Shown here piece after piece: positions 36,586-47,874 of a stretch of DNA of 64,000 nt (position 1 is the stretch's first letter; each line of letters starts with the position of its first letter). Source of the stretch: Okamejei kenojei (lineage: Eukaryota); NCBI GenBank assembly GCA_035221665.1, contig CM069155.1, positions 30,566,001 through 30,630,000 on the forward strand, read 5' to 3'. Under the pieces are notes generated by a model. That model was not told where the DNA came from. It saw only the letters and a list, made by a program, of their open reading frames with translations, and did not search any database. The translations under genes and the position numbers were made by a program.

Positions 36586-36814
36586 TGAGATACAGCGCCG
36601 GGTCAGGCCCTTCGGCCCACTGAGTCCGCATCAACGAGCGATCCCGCACATGCTTTGGAAACAACTTAGGAAACCGATTTCTCGGTTTCTAAACCCCACG
36701 TAGGTCACGGGAAGAACCAAATTCGGTACAGAGAAGCTCCAGGAGCGGGATCGAACCGTGTCTCTGGCGCCGAGAGCGCTGTGCAACTCTACCGCTGCGC
36801 CACCGTGCCCGCCC
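36586..36814 (-). mobile_element. tRNA-derived SINE (V-SINE/HE1-like)
   Basis: Pol III A box TGGCGCAGCGG (36792-36802), B box GGTTCGATCC (36748-36757), core TTCCCGTGACCTACGTGGG, CR1-like tail GGGCCGAAGGGCCTG. Confidence 0.8.
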
Positions 36815-38504
36815 ATGAATTAGTATGGTGTGAATTGGAGGGACCAAGAATAGATCCCTGGGAGGTTCAGGGGTTGATGGGGAGGGGGCGGGGGCCGGGG
36901 AGGGGGCGGGGGTCGCTGTTTTCGGAGCAAATCAGACACTTCTGTCTTATTTTTGCAACTGAACTAGGAAAGTGAAGAAACGGAGGAGCATTTGAATCCA
37001 GTGGACGGAAGAGTGTTTAGTTTTACTTCACTACAGCGAGGAAACAGGCCCTTCGGCTAATCTAGTCAACACCGACCAGCAATCATATATCTATCCAATT
37101 GGGACAATTAACAGAAGGCAATTTTACAAGGGGTTGTAAAACTAAAAATACGAGATTGTTTATTTTTTTAAATCGCATTTTGTAAATTAATTATATCGTT
37201 GAAAAAGCTGATTCAAGAAAATGAAAATAGTATATATTTAAGGATAAAACGCTACTTTTCTTTCTACTCTCAGTTTCTAATTTCGACTCTCCGTTTAATC
37301 AATGTTATGAGATTAATGTTATGTCGGACAAGAAGTGGATTGAAGAGTTAAATTCGATCAGAGAGGTGGTCATATACTGGACAAATCCAGCAAACAAGAC
37401 TTCGCCATTACACGCTACATGACTCGCCGAGTCAGGCAGCATCTGATTAGAATGGCGAGGCATCATTTTCAGGTCGAGACCCTTCTGCAGACTCATTAGA
37501 ACAGAGGGAGAAAAGCTGGAAAATAGATCTGAGGTGTGATACAGCCTGCCAAGTGATAGGCGGATACATGTGAGAGGGGGTTGATTAACAGATGGGGGTG
37601 GGGGGGTTAATTGCAAAGGCTGGAGGTGAAAAGGGAACAAAAAGTGAAATCAGCCACAAAATAAGTGGGAAAGGCAGTGAATGATAACCGTGGGGGAAGG
37701 GATTGGGGTGAAAATAGACAGCACACGTCTCCAACCTGTTATTTTACTTCTGGAAATTGACATGGTACTGGAAGGGTCTCTCCAGATAGGACTTACCCAC
37801 ATCGCAAGCGGATTTCCCCAGCCACAATACATAACTTTTCACAATTTATACCCCCTATTAAACATTTTTTTATTCCCAGAGAAGAACATCCAAGCAGTTG
37901 CCATATCTCGAAAGCTGTTTATCCCATTTCTGGGAATCGCGAAGTAACTACTTTTACTTCGGTTAATTGTTGGTGCGAAGCCCCCCTTCAAAATGAGTCT
38001 AGCGCTCACCCCTACGAGCCCGAACTTTATTCCTCTCGTTAAACTGTTTAAATATATGACCACCTCTGCTGATTAATGTTGAGTTGGTATAAGACCCCGG
38101 TAATGCCGCGGTTAACTAATTCGTCAAACCACACTTTTCATCGCGTTTTTCATGGATAAAACTGATATCTTGTGATATTTTGTGCGGTAAGGTTGGACAT
38201 ATTTGGGGTACTTTAAGCATATTAGCGCAATGCCACGACTGCACTTCCGGATTTCTGGGATATCCAAAGTAGGAGACAAGGATTTGCACCTAATTTCTTC
38301 AATCTGGGGGTACTTGCAAACATCCCCTTCAGCTGTCCTAACACATGGGTCAACATCAATCATGAAAACGCAGTTTATTTGAAATATAACAAAGTTTCAC
38401 AAAATTGCCAGTTTATACTCCGGACATTATTGCTTTTATTCTATTGAAGGCAAGGACATTTGCACAGAAAATTACAACGGTGCCTCGTAAATAGAATAAT
38501 CGGT

Positions 38505-38510
38505 TTTATT
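38505..38510 (-). terminator. Probable polyadenylation signal AATAAA, cluster 2 (second candidate at 38435-38440)
   Basis: AATAAA ~175 nt after the C stop; conserved downstream of cluster 3. Confidence 0.55.
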
Positions 38511-38684
38511 GCATTAAATGTTACATTATTGTTTTTCAGCTCACCGTAAAAATACCGACAGCGCATCAAGGCAACGAAATGCACATGTGCTGCGTTTGAA
38601 CAAATGGTAAAGCGAACATTCGATATCTGCATATTGGATTAATTTACAAAGAAATGTAGCAAATCGGGAATTTGATCCTTTAAA

Positions 38685-39007
38685 TTAGAGGCAACTGGAT
38701 CTGGCGATATTGGCCTTAATCGGGGTTGTCTGGGTTTCGTGTTTAACCACACAGGAGTAAAGCTCGTGTGAGTTCCAGTAGGCGGCTGGCAGAGTCAGGT
38801 AACTGCTCGCACTGAACGAGTTGTCCTTCTCCTGCTGGACCCGGCTGGTCGCAGCGCCATCACTTCTCGCACTGCCGTCCACGGTCCACTCAATGTCCAC
38901 AGCGCCCGGGTTGAACCCGCTCACCAAACACACCAGGGTGGCGGTACTTTTTGCGGTGACTTCACCCATTGATGGCGCCAGAATGGAAACGGTGGGGGGG
39001 CGCGGTC
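38685..39007 (-). CDS. IGLC: Ig light chain cluster 2, constant exon (intact)
   Basis: Acceptor TTTGCAG; (R)PRPPTVSILAPS...TATLVCLVSGFNPGAVDIEWTVDG...YSCVVKHET...ARSSCL*. C1-set domain with the penultimate inter-chain Cys; phase matches the J donor. Confidence 0.97.
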
Positions 39008-41170
39008 CTGCAAATAAGAATTGAAATAAATACAAATGAATGATTTATCAGTTACGTTAAGTCAGAATCGATTCAGCTGAATGACTACAGGCAAGATTTA
39101 TGTCGACGGTGCCAGGGTTTCGAACGCCTGAACTATAGGCATACATTGGATATGCGAGGACGTTAGTCCTTGGAGTGTAGAAGACCTTAGGGTGATCGCA
39201 TGGCGGTGTACAAAATCGCGAGGGGATACATAGGGTTAGCGCACGGAGTATTTTCCCCATAGTAGGAGAATTAAGAATTAGAGGGGTTAGATTCAGGGCA
39301 ACATTGTACACAAAATGCGTTAACTCCAGTTCCCTATAGAAGTTGATGAGGCAGGTACAATAACACCATTTGAAAAAAAACATTTGATTTAAAACTTGGA
39401 TAAAGAGGTTCAAAGAGATATCGGCCTGGCATGCGCAAATGGTAAACTCGGTCGGTGTGAAATAGGTGCACTTAAGGTCTGTTCCACCGCTGCATAACTC
39501 CGTGGCTCTATGACCGTGGACTGCACTGGCTTTACAATTACCGTTGATTTATAAACCTCATTTCATACAGCAGAATCATGATAAGTTAATTTTCACAGTG
39601 CGAATATCCGAGGTTTGGTAAAACATGTAGCCTACGATTTTCTTCAGATCATGGAAACGGGCAGAAAAAAATAGAATTACAACTCATCCTAGCAGAATGA
39701 GCAGCATTTCCAATTTCATGCTTGTTTAAACAGTAATCCCAATTCTTTCCAAGAATAGTCTTTAGAATGTTACATATTAGTGAATATTCCACATCGTCCA
39801 GAAAGTCCATGATTCAAGGATGATGGCGGTCAGAAAAATGAAAGGAAAACTAAATTTAAGATTTTTGACATGTCGGTCTAACATCCAACGAACTTTAAAA
39901 AAACTGCGGAATTTAAAGACGAGGGACATGAAACCGTTCAGAGGGATCATGTTTTAACAGCATAATAAACAGTCTGCGTTTTCTGCTATATCATACATTC
40001 GATGGCAATCAGAGAACCTGCATCAAAATCCCTTGCAGGTTCTAGAAGATGGGTACAAAGAGTCTGACGGAATATCCACACAAATGTGATTAGCTAAGGT
40101 GGCAATGGCTAGCTGAACGAGAAATGAACCCGAATACTGTTCTGCTCTTGTTTCTAATTTCGGAGCGGAATCAGACTTGCAACAATCCTCCACACTTTCG
40201 CGCAAAGGGAATTGAAATGGTTTCGTGCGAAGCGTTTAAATATTAGTTTTTTATCTTTTCCCTGACAATTAGATTAGCGCTGTTCTAGGGAGCGCATGTA
40301 AACCTGTCGAAACGCCACTTCACCCTGACGGTATCATTAATACGATCAGAAATCAACTTCGCGCAATTTGCCCTAATGGGTATTTGCAATTTCAAAACTA
40401 TCCCAATTAAATTCACCAACAACCCTTGCCAAATGTCTATTAACTTTCCTTTGGATGCTTCCAATGATCCTATTTGGCCCACTCTCAGAGTTGGCATTCT
40501 CCGTGTCCACAATATACCGTAAGCTAATAAAATCTCATAATTTCCCGACATTTTTTTCAAGTAACGCTTGAAACGCATTACGCTTACATTGAAGCAACAT
40601 TATCTAAAGCAGCAGTCTCGGATGAAACCCGCCACTTGCGAATACATCAAATCAGAGAATCAGCATTTCGGCTGAACGAGCAGTTTTCATTGACATCGGG
40701 GAAGAAAGGGGAAAATAGAGCTTCAGGAGATCATTCCAGAATGAAACAACTTTCATGCACAGCTGTCAGTGTGTGACGGCGTCAAATTCCACCATGATCA
40801 AGAAGCCACGGTTAGGTGAACGCAGATTTCTCGGAGTGTTGAAGGGATGGAGGTAAAGGATCATAAACACTAAGTTCACGCAGGAGAAACAAGTTGGTAA
40901 CTTGAGTACAGCACAAAGAGCTGAAGTAATCCAGCGGATCAGACAGCATCTCTGGAGGACAGAGAAAGACGATATTTCCGTTCGAGAAAGTCTCCCAAAG
41001 AGACTTTGTTCCGACACGAAATATTGCCCATCCATGCGTCTACCTGAGATGCTGCCTGACCCGTTGGGTTCTACTTAGGTTTATTAGGATCTTTCTACCG
41101 AGGATTTATGTTGGAAAGTAAAACCTAAGTTAAACGATTTGCTGTTTCAAAACATGAAAACTTTACTTAC

Positions 41171-41518
41171 TGCTTAGATTCAGTTTGGTTCCTCTCCCAA
41201 AGGTTAATTCGTTTTTACTGTTGTCCCACAGAGCACAGTAATAATCGGCAGCGTCCTCCGATTGCACGTTGGTGATGGTTAAATGCATTTGGTTCGTGGA
41301 TGACTCCACGGAACCCGTGAATCTGTCTGGAATTCCGGTGCCTCTGCCGGAGCTTTCATACCACACGAAGACAGGAGCGCTGCCCGGCTTCTGCCAGTAC
41401 CAGCTCGCGTACAAGCTACCGATGCTGCCCCCTGACAGGGTACAGGTGATTTTGACGGTTGTTCCCGGCGAGGTTGATATTGCCGGGACCTGAGTCAAGG
41501 TAGTCTCCGCGATTATAG
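41171..41518 (-). CDS. IGLV: Ig light chain cluster 2, germline-joined V-J exon
   Basis: (S)IIAETTLTQVPAISTSPGTTVKITCTLSGGSIGSLYASWYWQKPGSAPVFVWYESSGRG...DYYC-ALWDNSKNELT-FGRGTKLNLS, GTAAGT donor. In frame, no RSS between V and J. Confidence 0.97.
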
Positions 41519-41614
41519 CTGTTAGAAAAAAACAGATAAATATACAAAACCATTAGAGAAAAACACAGCAGAATGTAAAACGATACCGCATTAATCATTC
41601 TGCGCTCTACTCAC

Positions 41615-41660
41615 AGTGGAAACAGGTCACTAAGGCGAGAACCCAAACCCATTCAGCCAT
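41615..41660 (-). CDS. Ig light chain cluster 2, leader exon
   Basis: MAEWVWVLALVTCFH plus 1 nt, GTGAG donor, 96-nt phase-1 intron ending TTTTTCTAACAG. Confidence 0.94.
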
Positions 41661-41723
41661 GTCGAAGGTGATAAAGGAATATTTTGCTGCACAAGCGCCG
41701 TTTTGAGCCGTTTCGAAGTTTCT

Positions 41724-41805
41724 CTTTTAAAGTCTTCAGCTTCCCAACGTCACTAATTATTAATTATTCATGCAAATCTTTATCCACGTGACATCGATTC
41801 ACTGA
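41724..41805 (-). promoter_or_regulatory. Cluster 2 promoter: octamer 41770-41777, E-box CACGTG 41785-41790, TGACGT half-site, TATA-like TTTAAAA
   Basis: Motifs read directly from sequence, ~110 bp upstream of the leader ATG, and conserved in cluster 3. Confidence 0.88.
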
Positions 41806-42469
41806 ATTATTGGCTAGGTGTAAAATTATATTTCTGCAGCTCCAGCCCTTTGGGAGAAAGAAATATTCGTGTTGTTTTAAGTGGGAGGAGAATAGCAGAC
41901 AACGGTGAACTCAACGGCGGGGGGGGGGGGGGGGGGGTGGGGGGGGGGGGGGGGGGGAGAGAAGGTCTGAGACTGACGGGAACACTGTTGTGTGAGAGCA
42001 GACTCTTATTTACTGAGTAAAAGGGGTCAGCTGTGTTGAATGATGGGACTGTTTAGACTTTGCACTAATCCGCTTAAGCTCCCAAATAATTATAAAATAA
42101 TGCATTTCTCCTTTTCCTACAAATAATTCGCAGCCGTATAATTAAAGGGGAATATGGAGATGACAGATTATTTAAATGGTATTTTTTTATCGGGCTGACA
42201 GGGCGTTAAGATGTATTGTATTTCATCCTAGATTTATTGTATTCCATTGCAGTACTGAATTCATTGCTTTGAGTTTTTTTAATTTCAAAATTACCATGGA
42301 CGTTCCTTGTTATTAATTTTCATCAAGAAAGGAAGAGAGACAGAAAGTCGTCCACCGCATGCCAGTTGGTTGCACATCTGTCCTGGAGAAGCTGTTACTA
42401 GAACAATATAATGGGCACTGACAAATTGATCAAGGTTATCTTGCAAATGTTAAAATGTTGTTGATAAAG

Positions 42470-43920
42470 AGAGAGCAAAGGGGCTTAGGAGTGCAGGTGC
42501 AGGATTCCCCAAAAGTTAATTCACAAGTCGGAAGCAAGGAAAGCATTTCTTTCGAGAGGGCCAGAACACAAAAACAAAATACAAAAACAGGGAGGTAATG
42601 CTGAGTCTTTATAAGGCACTGGTCAGACCGCATTTGGAGTGTAGCGAGCAGTTTGGAACTACAATCTGAGGCGTTTGAGAGAGTCCAGAGGAGGTTTACG
42701 ACGGTGTTCCCAGGGGTAATTGGGTTAACGTGTGATGAGCGTTTGACGGCACTGGATCGGTGCTCGCTATATAGTTTGTGAGGATGAGAGGGGAGAGACC
42801 TCATTGAAATTAACCGAATTGTGAAGACCTGGACAGAGCGGTTGTGGAGTGGATGTTTCGACGAGCGGGGGAGTCTAGGACCAGAGGTGAAAGCCTCAGA
42901 ATAAAAGCACGTCCAATTAAAGAGGAGATGAGGAGGAATTCCTTTAGTCAGAGGGTGGTAAATCTGTGGAATTCATTGCCACAGAAGGCTGTGGAAGCCA
43001 AGTTAATGGATATTATTAAGGTGGAGATTGAGTGGTTGCTGATTAGTAACAGTGTTAAGGGTTATGAGAAGACGTCAGAAAAATGGGGTTGAGAAGAAAA
43101 GATAAATCAAGCGTGATAGAATGGCGGGGTAGAATTGATGGGCCGAATAGCCTACAATTTGTGAATTCCTGAACGATGTTTCACCAATTTAGCCAAAGAC
43201 TTTGAAGAAGTGTCAGATTAGGGAAAGGGGTGCAACGAGACCTGGGTGTCCTTGAACATCAGTGACTGAAAGAAAACATGCAGATAAAGCAAGCAGTGAA
43301 GAAAGCGAATGGCCTTCGTAGCGAGAGGATTTGAGTATAGGAGCAAGGAGGATCTACTGCAGTTGTACAGGCCCCTGGTGAGTCCACGCCTGGAGTATTG
43401 TGTGCAGTTTTAGTCGTCTAATTTGAAGAAGGACATTCTTGCTATTGAGATAGTGGAACGTGAGTTCACCAGATTAATTCCCGGGATGGTGGAACTGACA
43501 AATGATTGACTGGGCTTATATGCACTGGAATTCGGAAGGATGAGAGGAGTCCGTATAGAAAGATATAACATTCTTAAGGGATTGGATACGCTAGATGCAG
43601 GTAACATGTGCCAGATGCTGGGGGAGTCAAGAACCAGCGGTCGCGGTTTAAAAAGAAGGCGTAGGGCATTTAGGACTGAGATGCGGAAGCACATTATAAC
43701 CCAGAGAGATGTGAATCTGTGGTATGCTCTGCCACAGAAGGCAGTGGAGGCCAATTCACTGAATATGTTCAAGAGAGAGTAAGATATAGGATTTAGGACT
43801 GAGGGAATCAAGGCAAAGGGGAGAAAGCAGGAACGGGGTACTGATTTTCGATGGTCAGCCATGATCATATTGAATGGAGGTGCTGCTCGAAGGGCCGAAT
43901 GGCCTACTCCTGCTCCTATT
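42470..43920 (+). mobile_element. Two adjacent CR1 3' fragments
   Basis: [29 protein letters not shown], second fragment VKKAN...LYRPLVSPRLEYCVQF; paralogous to 60030-62010. Confidence 0.85.
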
Positions 43921-46900
43921 ATCTAAGAGTCTTGGTGTTTATTGTAATCGGAAGAACAGAACATTGGGCGATTAGTTGGAAATATAGAAAACGCATAAAC
44001 AGGCTATTTTTTGGTTTGAAAGATGGAAAAACTGATGTGCCTCATAGATCAGTGCTGGAGCCCCAGTTTCCAAAAATGTATACACACGGCTCAAAAAAAG
44101 CTAAAACATGTATGGCTGTTGAATTTGCTAAAGACGTGAAGAACCAAACAAGGCCACAGTGCATGTGGATAGTTCCAGTGAATGGGAAAACGCCTGGTAA
44201 ATGCACGATGTGGGAACATATGGAATGCCAATTTTGGCAGGGCGAGTGATAGAAAAAAATGTTCTTTGCAATATCGACAGAAAAAACTGGAGTAGTGGGA
44301 CAGGCAGCATCTCTGGAGAGAAGGAATGGGTACATTTCGGGTCGAGACCCTTCATATTTACATTATGACAGTTTGCACTGTTTTGAGATGCAGAATTATT
44401 TCGGTTCCCTGGTGACGATACGCAACAGCCTCGAACAAGGTAGAACAACTACCTAGGAAAAGTAACTGTGTTAGCATCTAACGTCAGACAAAACGGATGC
44501 AAAAGAGAGAGGTTCTTAGTGCTTCAGTTATACTTCATCGCACAATCGAGCAGAGTATTGAAATGTAAATGCCTTTGAAGCAATTCAGAAAATGATTACT
44601 AGACCCATATCTGCGACGAGCCAGTTGTCTTATGAGGAATTGCTCGACGGTTAGAAGCGTGAAGCTTCTAACTTAATTGAAACACAGGTGATTATGCTAG
44701 ATCTTAACAGCATGTGAAGCGAGAGAACAATTCGTCTCGGATAATCTAAAAGTAAACGTCACCTGTTACACAAAAATAAATGCCCACTTCAAAAAGTGAA
44801 GAAACAAAACACATTTATCAGAATGGAGAAAGCCTCATCAATTACGTTTGTGAAAATGTGGTAGAAGCAGTCTTTATTTTTTGTCAAAAGTAGAAATATT
44901 CCTAATAAATAAGGTGGGGTAATGATATGTTACCAGAGGTGGATGGGACTGCAGATCAGAGGTTACCTCAGGCCAGTTTGTTTTTGGTGGAACAGTGGTG
45001 GAGAGAGTTATCAGCTTTAAATTTTAGTCATTAACATCGTGGATTAACACATTAACACTTGCCCCGGGCCCAGCAAACAAATGCATCCACGAAGGAGAGC
45101 CAATGCCACTACTTTAAAAGAATTTAAAAAAATACTTTGTCTCCAAATACTGCAACAAACATCTACTACAGAAAGTACACTAACCGGTTCAATAACAGCT
45201 GCTTGCCGACAACTATCCAGTTTTTGGAAAGACCTACATACCCCACACCATCGACATGTTTTTTACTATTATGTTTTTGGACGCAATCTTGTTTCTTTAT
45301 TTCAGATTTGCATGTATCATTTATTGATATTTTGTTCCTGTGTATTTTCTGCCTCAGTCCACGTGCCGGCGATGTTTCTACAAGTAAGAGTTATCAGTGT
45401 TAAATGAGTTGTAATTTGATGTTCTGTTTGTTTCTTTTAAGAGAATGGTGTTCGGTTATTTATGTCATGCGTCGTTTTTTAATCTTTATGACTTTCATTG
45501 ACATTCAGAACCACTCAAGACCTTGGCAAATTGGATAGATGGAAAGCATGCGGGTAAAAACCTGGGACCAAACCCCACTCAAATATACAAAATCCTGTAT
45601 GCTACTGTCTTCATGTTTGTCCAAAAAAATTAAAGGCCCTCCCGGAGATATATAAGGTAACATTCTCATTATTCAGAACATTCAGAACCACAGAAAAACC
45701 ACTTTGGCGCTGATATCATTTCAAATAAATCTGAAATTAAAAGCTGTAATTGGTAACGCGAACAGGACGCTATTGGGTTGTAATTAAAAACAATTTCAGT
45801 TACTTTAAGAAGGAAAAGTCTAAAATGTATGTGACCCCACACCCACAATTATTCTGAAGATGCCGGACAGGCCCCTCTAATACAATAATCTGTGTAATGG
45901 AGAATAACAACAGTAAATTGAAAGCAACCACTCTGCATTGTCCAGAGAGATTTTGGGCAAGTCATAGATAAAGCAAACTCACTCAAATGTTCAAAATCCT
46001 GTTTGCAACTGTCTTCATGTTTGTCCAAAAAAAATGTAAGGCTCTCCGGAGATATTTACGGTAACATTCTTATTATTCACATTCAGTATGCACGACCATT
46101 TTGGCCAATTATTTCATTCTCCTCCATCCCCATACCTAGTTGTGTTCTGTACCGGCAGCAATATATTCACATTGACGATCGTGATAGAATAGCGGCTTAC
46201 ACGCGGGAAAGAGAAAGAGTACTCAGCGTGCATTTCAAATTTAAATATGACAGGAGAATGAGTAGATGAATGATGGATGAAATCTCTCACAGAGAAGTAT
46301 GAACTGGTATATTTTGCTTCGTGTATGGAGGGGTGGGGGAGGGGGAAATGTGGATTCATAGTGCGCAGGAACAGAGGGACTTTAGGTTCATGAGCACACA
46401 TCTGGCAAGGTAGAAAGATATATCGCGGGAGTAGTGAGCAAAACCCGAGATATATGTTGGGTTGCAAAGAACGATGTAGTGAGTAAGCGGAGAGGTGAGC
46501 TGTCAAGCTGGTTACACCGTAGCAGAATCAGAAAACTGTGAAAGGAGAATATTTTTATGCAGAGAGAGAGCTAGAAAGGGCTCTCATGCAGATTCAAGAG
46601 AGAGCTAGATAGGACTCTTAAAAATAGCGGAGTCAGGGGAAATGGGGAGAAGGCAGGAACGGGGTACTGATTGGGGTTTATCAGCCATTATCACATTGAA
46701 TGGCGGTGCTTGCTCGAAGGGCCGAATGGCCTACCACTGCACCATTTGTCTCTTGTCTCTTGTCTATTGTCTATCGTCAGTGAAAGATTCCTCCAAATCG
46801 CTCCTGCAAAGGTGAAGGAAGCGCAGATAAGCAATGGTTTCAAACCGAAACGAGGAAACATATTTTGTGATTCTTTCTCCAAGGGCAATTGAGCATTCAG

Positions 46901-47874
46901 TAAGTTTATTGCCTCCGTCTTTTTTACTGTCATGTGTCAAAAGTTAAAACCGCTCCTCACTTAGTATGTTCGCACCCACACCCATAATCGCCAAATGAGT
47001 AGGCATTAGATGGGTTTATGGGCATGCACATTATCGTAATATTGCTACAGTGAAAATTGACCATTTGTCCTATCTCCGCAATAAATGATCATTATTTCAT
47101 AACCGATGCAATGCTGCCATCTACTGTTGCAAGACTGTACGGCACAGAGACGAACATTTGGGCAATACCAGCATTTTCACATCAAGCACATTTCATTTGT
47201 CTCCCCATAAATGACAAGAACTGTAAATATCCCAAAGGTGCTGCAGATGATGTCACTATTTTGAATTGATTCAGAATTTAAGAGCAAGGTAACGGCAGGG
47301 ACCACAGAAGATCGTCAAATGCAGCGCCACATCATGCAGGATGAAAATTTACTCGAAGCTACATCTTGGGTTATTGTGGGCGGCCAGACAACTTTATTTT
47401 ACTATGCAGTGATAGTGCTCCTGCTCACCAGCCCCCGCATTACTCTGCCAACTGGGCTTCTTTTTGTTCAGGTCCCGATGATTTGTGCAGATCCGCTGTC
47501 TTCGGCCCAACAAGTAACACCTGCCCGAGTGTGGCCCCTATCAATGTACCTGTCCTATCAATGTACCTGTCCATATGTTTATTAAATGTTATTATAGCAC
47601 CTGTTTGAACTACCTCTTGTGGCAGCTCGTTCCATATACTCCCCAACCTCTGTGCGAAAATGTTGCCCCTCAGGTTCCTATTAAATCATTCATTTCTCAC
47701 CTTAAACCTATGTCCTCTACACTTTTACCTGCAGTAGCAGAATCAAGAACCAGCGGTTGTGAACAGCGATCATATATCATAATAGCGATCCACTTGTGAT
47801 CATATAAACATAGGAATTGTTCCCAATTTTATTGTTATTTACGAATGATCTGCATTCAATTAAATGCAATTTCA

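Larger units (their letters stand above)
28969..45790 (+). repeat. Tandem segmental duplication unit A (contains Ig cluster 2)
   Basis: Collinear with unit B: 28980~45865, 33217~49943, 38685~55362, 41171~58062, 45705~63912. Confidence 0.92.

Noticed and set aside
36745-36814. tRNA gene
   Set aside because: A and B boxes are present, but there is no cloverleaf or terminator and the sequence continues into a SINE body.
37839-38632. Short ORFs identical in both units (37839/54518, 38124/54829, 38441/55118) as conserved small genes
   Set aside because: Identity reflects the near-identical duplicated block; no domain, splice or codon evidence.
39008-39035. N-terminal MYLFQFLF extension of the C-domain ORFs (also 55685-55712) as a signal peptide for a stand-alone C protein
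   Set aside because: It is the intron polypyrimidine tract and acceptor; splice phase fits joining to J.
40208-40217. GGAATTGAAA Ets-IRF composite site as an intronic enhancer
   Set aside because: Not conserved at the paralogous position in cluster 3 (GAGAATTAAAA).
41269-41493. Plus-strand ORFs antisense to V and C exons (also 38821, 55498, 58154)
   Set aside because: Shadow frames of the Ig exons, shared only because of the duplication.
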